A stretch of DNA of 64,000 nt from NCBI GenBank assembly GCA_963769935.1, contig CAVYNY010000008.1:32001-96000 (forward strand), written 5' to 3'. Source of the DNA: an uncultured delta proteobacterium. Lineage in GTDB: Bacteria; Desulfobacterota; Desulfobacteria; Desulfobacterales; JAFDCJ01. The notes beneath the pieces are model-generated. The model was not told where the DNA came from and made no database searches. It saw only the letters and a program-made list of their open reading frames with translations. Positions 32,916 through 42,693 of this stretch are shown piece after piece. The first letter of the stretch is position 1; each line of letters begins with the position of its first letter. A program made the translations under genes and the position numbers.

Positions 32916-34737
32916 TTAAATCCCCCCAAATCCCTCATCTGAAATTTCTATGGCAGCGGCACATCCGCCTTGGATGGCCTCCATCTTGCCGGAGGTCAGC
33001 GGAAGCTCGGTACTGATAAAAAATTCGGCGGTTTTGATTTGCCCTTCGTAAAAAGCGATATCCTTTTTCTTGGGCGCCGGCAGCCAGTTTCTCAGATGCA
33101 ACCACCGCCCGCCACAACAGCATCCAGGCCATGATGGTATCGCCCATGGCGTATAAAAACGGCAGGGCATGGGCAAAAGCCACTTTATAATTCGCCGACA
33201 TGGCCATTTTGCCGATATGCAGGGCAATTTCGCCCAGACGGCCGGCGGTGGTTTCCAACTTTAACGCCCAGATCATTCAAGGCCGTCAATCGCTTTGGCC
33301 CGCGCGGCTGTTTGTTGAATTTCCCCCAGAAAATTCATAAAAACCAGCGCCTTTTTTCATGCCGATTTTACGGGCCAGCAGGTCCATGGCCTGGATGCCG
33401 CTGGTGCCTTCATAAATTGAGGTAATTTTGCAATCCCGGGCATATTGTTCCACCAGATAGTCCCTGGTGTAGCCCGCACCGCCAAAAACCTGGATGGCCT
33501 GAATGCACACTTCATGACTTTTTACAGCCATGTAGTCTTTAACGATCGGGGTCAGCATCGAGAAAAGATCGCCGCGGCGTATACGTTCTTCTTCCTTCTC
33601 CGAATTCAGAGCCGCCGTGGCCTGCCGGGTCATGTAGTAAAAGAAGCTGCGCATACCGTCGACAAATGACTTCATCCATAAAAGATTGCGACGCACATCG
33701 GGATGCCTGATAATTGCAACCGAAGGCGCACTGTGATCCATAAAATTTTCAAGGTCACGACCCTGGATGCGCTCACGGGCATAGTTTACCGCCAGCAGGT
33801 AGGCTGAAGACGCATAACTCATGGCCTGCAGTCCCGTACTCATACGGGCCCCATTAATCATGTTGAACATGATCTTCATGCCTGCGCGCTCGTTGCCGAG
33901 CAGATAGCCGATGCACTTGCCTTTAGCGCCCAGCGTCATGCTGCAGGTGGCGCTGGCGTGGATGCCGTGTTTTTCTTCTATCCCGGAACAGACAATATCG
34001 TTGCGTGCTCCCAGGCTGCCGTCTTCCTTGACGAAATATTTGGGGACGATGAAAAGCGATATACCCTTTGTACCGGGTGGGTCGCCCTCGATGCGGGCCA
34101 AAACCGGATGGATAATATTTTCCGCCAGATCATGCTCGCCGTTGGTAATAAAAATTTTATTTCCTGTCAGCAAGAAAGTACCGTCCTCGTTTCTGACTGC
34201 AGTTGTTGTGAGCGCACCGACGTCGGATCCGGCCTCGGATTCGGTCAGCAGCATAGTGCCGCCCCATTCGGCGGCCGTCAACTTTTTAACATAAGTCCTT
34301 TTCTGTTTTTCAGTGCCGTACAGATTGATCAAATGGGCCGTACCGTTGCCCATGCTCGCATAGCAATACAGCGGCCAGTTGGCTCCCAGAAAAATACTCG
34401 GCGGCCGCGGCACCCAAAAAGGCGGGAGCACCCTGACCTCCCATCTCCTCGGGTACACTAAGATTATTCCATTCACCTTCTTTGATCAGTTTAAAAACCC
34501 GGTGGAAACTTTCAGGTACTTTCACCGTACCACTTTCAAATCGGACTCCCTGTTGATCCCCTTCCGCCAGAATCGGAAGCATTTCCCGGATAGCCAGCGT
34601 CCTGGCCTCGCTGACAATCATCTCACAGGTCTTTTTATTGAATTCGGGGTATTTTTCGGGTTCAGGATCTCTTCACAATTCATCTGCTCCCAGATTACAA
34701 AATCCTGGTCTCTTCGGTCTGCTACTTGCTGTGGCAT
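32916..34737 (-). CDS. Long-type (about 600 aa) acyl-CoA dehydrogenase, several indels
   Basis: GTMLLTESEAGSDVG, KIFITNGEHD, IQVFGGAGY, IYEGTSGIQAMDL; RBS GGAG before the ATG at 34737. Confidence 0.88.
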
Positions 34738-34939
34738 CGTTTATAACTCCTTGGATTTCGGGTTACGGGCAATTAATCCGCCCGTACGACATTAAAACAA
34801 TTTCATTTGTTTCAAACCGGCCAATATGTTTTGCCGCACCAGACGTTGCTATCTTTCAGGGCGGAGTAATTGCGTGTAACGCATTACATGAATCGTATGC
34901 AATATAGTACACACGAATATCATTTATAATATTATGAAT

Positions 34940-34980
34940 AATTGTCAATAAAAAATTTTTCAAATTTTCGCTTGACAATT
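34940..34980. promoter_or_regulatory. Back-to-back -35 boxes of divergent sigma70-type promoters
   Basis: AATTGTCAA...TTGACAATT gives TTGACA on both strands between the divergent ACAD and MerR genes. Confidence 0.5.
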
Positions 34981-35063
34981 TTTCCTACATTGGTTTATGA
35001 AAAAAGTCAGTCATTTGCCGACATCTGACAGTCACTTGCCTCATCAGCCCATCCGAGGAAACA

Positions 35064-35777
35064 ATGAAAATTAGCCAATTGGTCAAGCGAACCGGGGTTC
35101 CTAAAGAAACGATCCATTTTTACATTCGCGAGGGGCTGCTGCGCAAACCGCGCAAATCAGGAGTCAATGCTGCCGAATATAATGAGGGCTACGTGGATCA
35201 GATTCAACTGATCAAAGATCTCAGAGACAATTATTACCTGCCGATACCGGAAATAAAAAAAATTGTTAAAGATTTCAAAAAACTATCGCCTTCCGACCAG
35301 GCTGTATCCCAGTTTTACAGCCGGTTTTACCGGCCCGCAGATCGTCTGCTCAACAGGGAAGTCGTCGGCCGAGATGCGTTCCGGGAGGCAACCGGACTGG
35401 GTTGGAAATGGCTGAATAAAGCTGAAGAATGGGGCGTCATCACGCCTGAAAAAAATGACGGTGAGGTGATTTACTCTCCGGACGACTTGGCCGTCGGCAA
35501 ATTAATGGTCGATATGGATCGGCTTGGCTTTGGTCCTAATGATGGGTTCGATCCCGAAGATCTTCGTCATATCACCGAATTTGTCAAAACATACGTGGTC
35601 ACCGCGTTCAGGAAATACTACCAGAACAACCTGGAAAAATTGACCTCAAAAGAATACGTTGAAAGAGCCACCCAGTTTCACGAAGTCATCAGTTTGTTTT
35701 TCTATCATCTTTATCGCAAATTTGTGCGGCAGGCCACCAGGAGTTTGCTCCAATCAAACGGAAAAGAGAAAGATTAA
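35064..35777 (+). CDS. MerR-family transcriptional regulator
   Basis: MKISQLVKRTGVPKETIHFYIREGLL HTH signature. Confidence 0.9.
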   Translation: MKISQLVKRTGVPKETIHFYIREGLLRKPRKSGVNAAEYNEGYVDQIQLIKDLRDNYYLPIPEIKKIVKDFKKLSPSDQAVSQFYSRFYRPADRLLNREVVGRDAFREATGLGWKWLNKAEEWGVITPEKNDGEVIYSPDDLAVGKLMVDMDRLGFGPNDGFDPEDLRHITEFVKTYVVTAFRKYYQNNLEKLTSKEYVERATQFHEVISLFFYHLYRKFVRQATRSLLQSNGKEKD

Positions 35778-35792
35778 CAGGAGTCTTTGGGG

Positions 35793-35888
35793 ATGACACT
35801 TTTTCTTCAGCAAGTAATCAACGGCATCATGCTGGGTTCAGTCTATTCTCTGTTCGATTTTTTGCAGCAAAAGATTTTGGAATATTAA
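35793..35888 (+). pseudogene. N-terminal stub of a LivH-type ABC permease
   Basis: AGGAG then MTLFLQQVINGIMLGSVYSL, the typical LivH start, then unrelated sequence and a stop after 31 codons. Confidence 0.65.
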
Positions 35889-35974
35889 AGAAAGTGCCGT
35901 CCGGGATTAAAAAAACACCTTTTGGCGGGGGCAAGTCCCGCCATTTTCGTTCCGTATGAAAGGAAATGATTATA

Positions 35975-37183
35975 ATGTCTGAGCGAGAAGTTGTGATTGT
36001 AGATGCTGTTCGTACCGCATTCGGGCGCATGGGGGGAACTCTGAAAGACATTGTTGCCTCTAAGCTGGCCGGTATCGGAATACGAGGCTTACTGGACAAA
36101 ACCGGCATACAGCAAAAAGCACGTGTGGACAGTGTTTTTTTGGGAACCGCCCTGGGGTGTTCGCAGTCGGGAAATCCGGCCCGCTGGGCAGTGCTGGATT
36201 CAGGTTTGGGTTATGAAACGTCGGCGTCCTACGTGGAAATGCAGTGCGGCAGTGCCATCGACTCCATCAATCATGCAGCCTGGAAGATTCTGGCCGGCCA
36301 GGCCGACATCATTATTGCCGGCGGTATGGAGTCCTACAGCCAGGCCTTCTGTAAATTTTCGATGGCTACCGCTCCCTACCGGCTCAATCCCCCGCGACCG
36401 ATTGCCCAGCAGCTTTCACCGGTCGCCGATGAGCAGATCGGAATGGGACTGACGGCCGAGAATCTGCAACGGATGTATGACATCCCCCGTGAAGAAACAG
36501 ACGAGTTTGCGTATAACAGCCAGATGCGCGCCAAAAAGGCCATGGAAAGCGGCTATTTCAAGGACGAAATCGTACCGGTGACCATTCCGGGAACCCGCAA
36601 AACGCCTGAAATCATATTTGAGGTGGATGAGCATCCGCGGCCCGATACCACCCTGGAAGGGCTTGCCAAACTGCGACCGGCATTTGTCGAAAACGGGACT
36701 GTTACGGCCGGCAATGCCTCCGGGCGCAATGACGGATCGGCTTTCGTTCTCATGATGAGCGTTGTGAAAGCGGCGGAACTCGGGTATCAGCCCATGGCGA
36801 AATGGCTGTCCGGCGCCGATTTCGGCTGTGATCCCAAAATCATGGGCATCGGACCGGCCCATGCCGTGCCGATTGCGATTAAACGCGCCGGCTTGACTCT
36901 CTCTGATATGGATGTCATGGAGTGCAATGAGGCCTTCGCCGTACAGAATATAGCCGTAATCCGAGAACTCGAAAAACAGACCGGCCATAAGATTGACATG
37001 CAAAAATGGAATCCCAACGGCGGGGCCATCGCCTTCGGCCACCCCAACGGCGCTTCGGGTGCCCGCATCTGCATGTTTGCCATGCGCGAGCTGATTCGCA
37101 GGGGCGCCCGGTACGGCTTCTTCTCATCCTGCTGCGGCGGCGGACTGGGGGTTGCGACGGTGATTGAGAATTTGCAGCGCTGA
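35975..37183 (+). CDS. Thiolase
   Basis: MQCGSA, TAGNASG.NDG, CNEAF, GHPNGASG, CCGGGLG. Confidence 0.93.
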   Translation: MSEREVVIVDAVRTAFGRMGGTLKDIVASKLAGIGIRGLLDKTGIQQKARVDSVFLGTALGCSQSGNPARWAVLDSGLGYETSASYVEMQCGSAIDSINHAAWKILAGQADIIIAGGMESYSQAFCKFSMATAPYRLNPPRPIAQQLSPVADEQIGMGLTAENLQRMYDIPREETDEFAYNSQMRAKKAMESGYFKDEIVPVTIPGTRKTPEIIFEVDEHPRPDTTLEGLAKLRPAFVENGTVTAGNASGRNDGSAFVLMMSVVKAAELGYQPMAKWLSGADFGCDPKIMGIGPAHAVPIAIKRAGLTLSDMDVMECNEAFAVQNIAVIRELEKQTGHKIDMQKWNPNGGAIAFGHPNGASGARICMFAMRELIRRGARYGFFSSCCGGGLGVATVIENLQR

Positions 37184-37293
37184 ACAGATGGTTTCAGGTG
37201 TCAGATTTCAGGTGTCAGCCTGGCCGCTGGCCCGAAGAGTGGCCAGTTAGATCGAGAAAGTCGCTTTAAAGGTTTCTATGGCAATTATAGATG

Positions 37294-37366
37294 GTGGGAG
37301 CGGTTTTCAACCGCGTTTTAAAATGGATTTTTGCCATTTTTGATCGTGGCTGCAAGCCACTCCCAC
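37294..37366. repeat. REPIN-like inverted REP doublet, GTGG-headed
   Basis: GTGGGAGCGGTTTTCAACCGCG ... TCGTGGCTGCAAGCCACTCCCAC. Confidence 0.75.
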
Positions 37367-37410
37367 AAATCCCAAATTGACCATTCTGCCAAAATAATCA
37401 GGAGCGTTAA

Positions 37411-39634
37411 ATGAGCAGCGAAAGGACTACACAAACCGAGAGTATCGTTAAAATTGTCCGCACCACATCGACTTTTGATTGCGGGGGCAGATGCCCGCTG
37501 CGTCTGCATGTCAAGGACAACCGCATCCTGCGCATCGAAGGCGATGATGCCGCGGAATCCGAACAGCTCAGAACCTGCTTAAGGTGCCGGGCACTCAGGC
37601 AATATGTTCATCACCCGTCGCGGCTCATGTATCCCCAGAAACGGGTCGGTAAGCGGGGTGAAGGTAAATTTGAGCGCATATCCTGGGATGAGGCTTACAA
37701 TACCCTGGCCGGCGAATTGAATCGCGTGAAGGAAACTTACGGCAACGAGGGCATCTTTCTGGCCACCGGCGGCGGCTACCTGGCCGGTCTGCACAACGGC
37801 GGGTTTGCGGCTCAGCGTCTCCTGAATCAGTACGGCGGCTGCGTCACCCACTACGGCAATATTTCTTCGGAAGGCGCCGTCTGGGCCTCATTAACCCAGT
37901 ATGGATCCGTCATGGTCGGAAACAGCCGGGAAGACTTGCTCAATTCTAAACTCATTATCTTGTGGGGCTGGGATCCGGCCCGCATGATATCCGGCACCAA
38001 CACCATGTATCACGTTATCAAGGCTAAAGAAAACGGTGCCAAAATCATTGCTGTGGATCCCAGGTACCATGACACCGCCGCCACTGTAGCCGATGAATGG
38101 ATTCCAATCCGACCCGGCACGGATACGGCCGTGTTCGTGGCCATGGCCTATGTGATGATCAAAGAAGAATCTTCACGATCAGGCTTTTTTGGATAAATTC
38201 ACCGTCGGGTTCGATAAATTTAAAGAATATGTTCTCGGCCGGGAGGATGGCGTCGAAAAAACACCGGCCTGGGCGGCTGAAATATCAGGCGTCGACGCGG
38301 CCGTCATCGAACGCCTGGCCCGTGAATATGCCGCTGCCAAGCCGGCCGCCTTGATGGACTGCCAGGGACCGGCCCGCAGCGCCATGGGGGAACAGTTCAA
38401 CCGGTGTGCGGCCACTCTGTGCGCCATGACCGGCAATGTCGGCCGTCCGGGCGGCAGCGCCTGCGGCGGATTGATGGGCATCCCGATCGGGCATATGTTT
38501 CGGATGTCCGCCATACCGCCCGGGAAAAACCCGTTCGAAATGGACGGTCCCAATGTTAAAGGGACCCTGGATATCCGTATGCGCGTGGTCAAGCGGGTCC
38601 ACATCAACAAAATCTTTGATGCCATCCTGGAGGGCAAAAAGAGCGGTTATCCGGCAGACATTAAAATGATGTGGTCCATGTGCAACAACTACTTAAACCA
38701 GACCGGCAACAGCAACAAAGCCGCCGCAGCATTGCAGAAACTTGAATTTTTATGTGTGCAGGAATTGTTCATGACCGCCCAGGCCCGCTTCGCCGATCTG
38801 CTGCTGCCGGTAACCAGCGCCGTCGAACGCAGCGACCTGACCCGTCCCTGGCCGTCGGGCCCCTATTTCACTTTTATGAACCGCGCCCTTCAACCCCTGG
38901 GCGAATGCAAATCCGACTTCGACATCGTCAGTGAACTGGCGCGGCGACTTGGAATCGAAGGATTTAATCCGCACACGGAGGAAGAATGGCTAAAAATGTT
39001 TGTGGATAACAACCCGGAATACCAGCAACACATCAAAGATTACGACAAGTTCCGGGAAGCCGGCATTCACCGGGTAAAGCTGGAGGAACCCATCATTGCG
39101 TTTAAAGAGCAAATCGACGATATTGAAAACAATCCCTTCTCTACTCCGTCCGGCAAAATTGAAATTTTTTCCCAACGGGTAGCTGATTTAAATAAGGCGG
39201 ATACACCGCCCATTCCGAAATATATGGGTACCCCCGAGGATCGCTTTGATCCCCTGATCGCAAAATATCCGTTGCAGCTGATAACGCCGCATCCGAAAAA
39301 CCGGGTGCATTCAGAATTATACGAGGTTGAGTGGCTCAGGGAGGTGGAGCCGCACCGGGCCTGGATCAATCCGATCGATGCCGATCCGCGCAACATTAAG
39401 GACGGAGACGAGATTTATGTTTTCAATGATCGCGGCAAGGTCGCCCTCACCGCCTGGGTGACGGAAAGAATCATTCCCGGAGTGGTCAGCATCTTCGAAG
39501 GCGCGTGGTACAACCCGGACAAAAACGGCATCGACCGAGGCGCGTGCGCCAACACCTTGACGAAGGATGCCTATTCGGGGGGCGGTGCCGCCGTGATGAA
39601 TACGTGCCTGGTGCAAATAGAAAAGACTAATTGA
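37411..39634 (+). CDS. DmsA-like molybdopterin oxidoreductase catalytic subunit without Tat signal, indel at about 38180
   Basis: DCGGRC, RL.YP.KRVGKRGEGKFERISWDEA, PIRPGTDTA, TPSGKIEIFS, RVHS, EGAWY. Confidence 0.88.
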
Positions 39635-39807
39635 TATTTAACCGCAGAGTTCGCTGAGGTCGCAGAGCAACTTAACAGTTTTAAATTCCCGAATGACATA
39701 CAGGTTTCGCTTTGCCCACAATCTCATATACAGAGCAAAACATAAAAAGCCGCTGCGCTCTCGGCGAGCTCGGCGGTGAATAATTCAAAATATAAGGGAG
39801 AAAATCA

Positions 39808-40380
39808 ATGCAAGTAGGATTCTACTTCGACCAGACCAGATGCACCGGCTGCAGTGCCTGCCGCGTGGCCTGCAAGGACTGGAATGATATACCGGCCGGA
39901 CCGGAAAACTGGATGCGAGTGCGCTACACCGAAAAAGGTAGATTCCCGAAACCGTTCGTCAGCTATATGATTGCGCCCTGCTGGCATTGCATTGACCCGG
40001 TTTGTGCCGCGGCCTGTCCGGTGGATGCCATCACCAAACGCGCCGCCGACGGCATCGTGCTGGTGGACAGCAACAAATGTATCGGCAACAGGGAATGCGC
40101 TGAAAAGTGCCTCAAAGCCTGCCCCTACGATGCGCCGCAGTTCGGCCCCGCTGAAGGTGCCAAAATGCGCAAATGCAATTACTGTCTGGATCGACACCTG
40201 GCAGGCAAACTGCCGGACTGTATCGAGGCTTGCCCTGTCCGTGCCCTTGATGCGGGTCCCCTGACCGAACTCGAAATGAAATATGGCAGGAATAGAGAAG
40301 CCGTCGATTTCAAATATTCGCAACGGACGAAACCGGCGGTGGTGATCAAATCGAAATCGATCCCGGACTACCATGAATGA
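39808..40380 (+). CDS. dmsB: DmsB-like 4x[4Fe-4S] electron-transfer subunit
   Basis: GFYFDQTRCTGCSACRVACKDWN, CWHC.DPVC..ACP, KCNYC..C.EACPVRAL. Confidence 0.88.
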   Translation: MQVGFYFDQTRCTGCSACRVACKDWNDIPAGPENWMRVRYTEKGRFPKPFVSYMIAPCWHCIDPVCAAACPVDAITKRAADGIVLVDSNKCIGNRECAEKCLKACPYDAPQFGPAEGAKMRKCNYCLDRHLAGKLPDCIEACPVRALDAGPLTELEMKYGRNREAVDFKYSQRTKPAVVIKSKSIPDYHE

Positions 40381-40472
40381 GCGGCTATTGTGATTTGTTT
40401 GAAATTTGTGATTTGTTATTTGAAATTGCACAAATCATGAACTTGTGCTCAGATTTAATTGGGAGGTAACCC

Positions 40473-41306
40473 ATGCCGTCTGTCGACCTTAGCGTTATCG
40501 GCACCAAAACAGAGCCGATTGTATTTGAATACACCTGGAAGGATATTGTACTATACAACATCGGCGTCGGCGCCGCTGAAAAAGATCTGGCCTTGGTGTA
40601 TGAAAATGCTCCCGGAGGCCTCAAAGTTCTGCCCAGCTTTTGTGTTGTCCCGGCCATCAAGGCGTTTCCGCGTCTCGGTGACCATCTTGAATGGTCGCGG
40701 ATGCTTCACGGCGAACAGGTTATCCGGCTTTTTCAACCGCTGGCACCCCAAGGCCGGATAATTCAGGTGGGAGAAGTTCTGAACATTTATGACAAGGGCA
40801 AAGGTGCTGTCTATCGGATTCGGATAAAAGGCCGGACGGAGGATAATAGAGATCTGTACGAGGCCGAATGGTCGATCTTTTACGTAGGCGGCGGCGGTTT
40901 CGGCGGAGACCCCGGACCCAAGGCCGGGAAGATCACTCCACCCGCCGGCAGCGAACCGGATTTCAGCATAACCGAGAAGGTCGCTGAAAATCAAGCGGTC
41001 ATCTATCGCCTGAGCGGGGATTACAATCCGCTGCACCTCGATCCGGCAGCCGCCAGACGGGGCGGCTTTGATCGTCCGATTTTGCATGGTCTTTGCACAT
41101 ATGGGTTTGCAGCCCGCGCGATCGTCAACGGAGTGCTGGGCGGGGATGTCGCCCGCTTGAAAGAATTCAGCGCCCGGTTTTCAGATGTCGTTTATCCGGG
41201 TGATAATTTGACGACGGAGGGGTGGAAGTCTGATGACGGGTATATTATTCAGGCCAGAACCGACAGATCCATTGTATTGAGCAATGCCCGGGTGGTGATT
41301 GAATGA
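40473..41306 (+). CDS. MaoC-type double hot-dog (R)-specific enoyl-CoA hydratase 2
   Basis: LHGEQ, YRLSGDYNPLHLDP, PILHGLCTYG. Confidence 0.92.
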   Translation: MPSVDLSVIGTKTEPIVFEYTWKDIVLYNIGVGAAEKDLALVYENAPGGLKVLPSFCVVPAIKAFPRLGDHLEWSRMLHGEQVIRLFQPLAPQGRIIQVGEVLNIYDKGKGAVYRIRIKGRTEDNRDLYEAEWSIFYVGGGGFGGDPGPKAGKITPPAGSEPDFSITEKVAENQAVIYRLSGDYNPLHLDPAAARRGGFDRPILHGLCTYGFAARAIVNGVLGGDVARLKEFSARFSDVVYPGDNLTTEGWKSDDGYIIQARTDRSIVLSNARVVIE

Positions 41307-41465
41307 GCATTTCTGCGAGTCTAAAGGATTAATAAATTATTGTGAAACGGATTTTCGTGGATAGACACTGATTATAAGGTATATTATTTCGCGGACAGGA
41401 TTGCCGGCGGTTAAATCCGTGTTCATCCGTGTCCAATTAAAATAGTAAAAAAGAAAGGAAAAAAA

Positions 41466-42338
41466 ATGAACATCGACGACATTAAAAACATTGCCGTAAT
41501 CGGTGCCGGCAACATGGGCCATCAGATTTCCCTGCTTTGTGCGCTCCACGGCTTTCGGACAACCTGCACCGATGTCAAAGAAGACATTCTAAAAAAAGCC
41601 GAGGCCTTTACCGACTCGTATCTTCCGGGTCGGGTCGAAAAAGGGCGGATGACGGAAGAACAGGCCCTGGCCGCCCGCGAGAGGATTACGTATACTGCCA
41701 GTATGGAAGCAGCGGTAAAAGATGCCGATTATGTCATTGAAGCGGTTTTAGAGGTTTTGAACCTAAAAAGGAAGATTTTTGCCGACCTGGACAAAATGGC
41801 CCCACCGCATGCGATCCTGGCATCCAACAGCTCGGCTATCATCAGCTCCAGAATCGCCGATGCCACCCGGCGCCCGGAAAAAATCCTCAATGTTCATTTC
41901 TTCAACCCCGCCCTGGTGATGAAGCTGGTGGAAGTGGTTCAAGGCCCCCACGTTTCCGACGAAACCCGGGAAATCTCAATGGCACTCTGTGAAAAGCTGG
42001 AAAAGGTGCCGGTTCACCTCAAAAAAGAAGTCGACGGATTCCTGCTCAACCGCATTTTCGCCGCCATCACCCGCGAGGCCCTTTGGCTGCTGGAAATGGG
42101 TGTGGCCAGCATGGAAGACATCGACAAGGCCCAGGCTTACGGCGCCGGGCACCCCATGGGCACCTTTCGTCTGATGGATCTCACCGGCATCGACTTGACC
42201 TACACTATGGGAATGGAGGCCTTCCGGGAAACCGGCGATGTGCGGCATTTACCCAGCCCCAGCGTGGTGGAAAAATATGTCAAGGGAGAGTATGGCCAGA
42301 AGACCGGCAAGGGGTGGTATGATTATAGTAAAAAATAA
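41466..42338 (+). CDS. 3-hydroxyacyl-CoA (3-hydroxybutyryl-CoA) dehydrogenase
   Basis: GAGNMG, IEAVLE, ASNSS, HFFNPA, HPMG. Confidence 0.92.
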   Translation: MNIDDIKNIAVIGAGNMGHQISLLCALHGFRTTCTDVKEDILKKAEAFTDSYLPGRVEKGRMTEEQALAARERITYTASMEAAVKDADYVIEAVLEVLNLKRKIFADLDKMAPPHAILASNSSAIISSRIADATRRPEKILNVHFFNPALVMKLVEVVQGPHVSDETREISMALCEKLEKVPVHLKKEVDGFLLNRIFAAITREALWLLEMGVASMEDIDKAQAYGAGHPMGTFRLMDLTGIDLTYTMGMEAFRETGDVRHLPSPSVVEKYVKGEYGQKTGKGWYDYSKK

Positions 42339-42693
42339 GACGCAAAGTGCAGAGGATGAAGGACTTAAGAAAGGTTTCAGCCCGCCCTGGTGCGACATGA
42401 AGGTTTTTTTTCTGTCAGCCGCAGGAGATGCCGACAATGTTTTATTTTGCAGATTTATACAAAGTTAGGTCTGGGCCAGGGGTGTCAGCTGGCAGAGGAC
42501 AGCGGACCGAAGGTAAGAGGGTGAGAAGGTGCGAGGGTCAGAATATGGGGAAGTTGGGAAGATAAGAAGTTGAGAGGTTGGAAATTTTTCATTCCATACC
42601 ATCAACTCAATCAACTTAATCAACTCCATCATGTCTCTTCTTTCAGCTATCAACTACGATCTATGAACTATCAACTTTTTTGGGGAGGAAATC

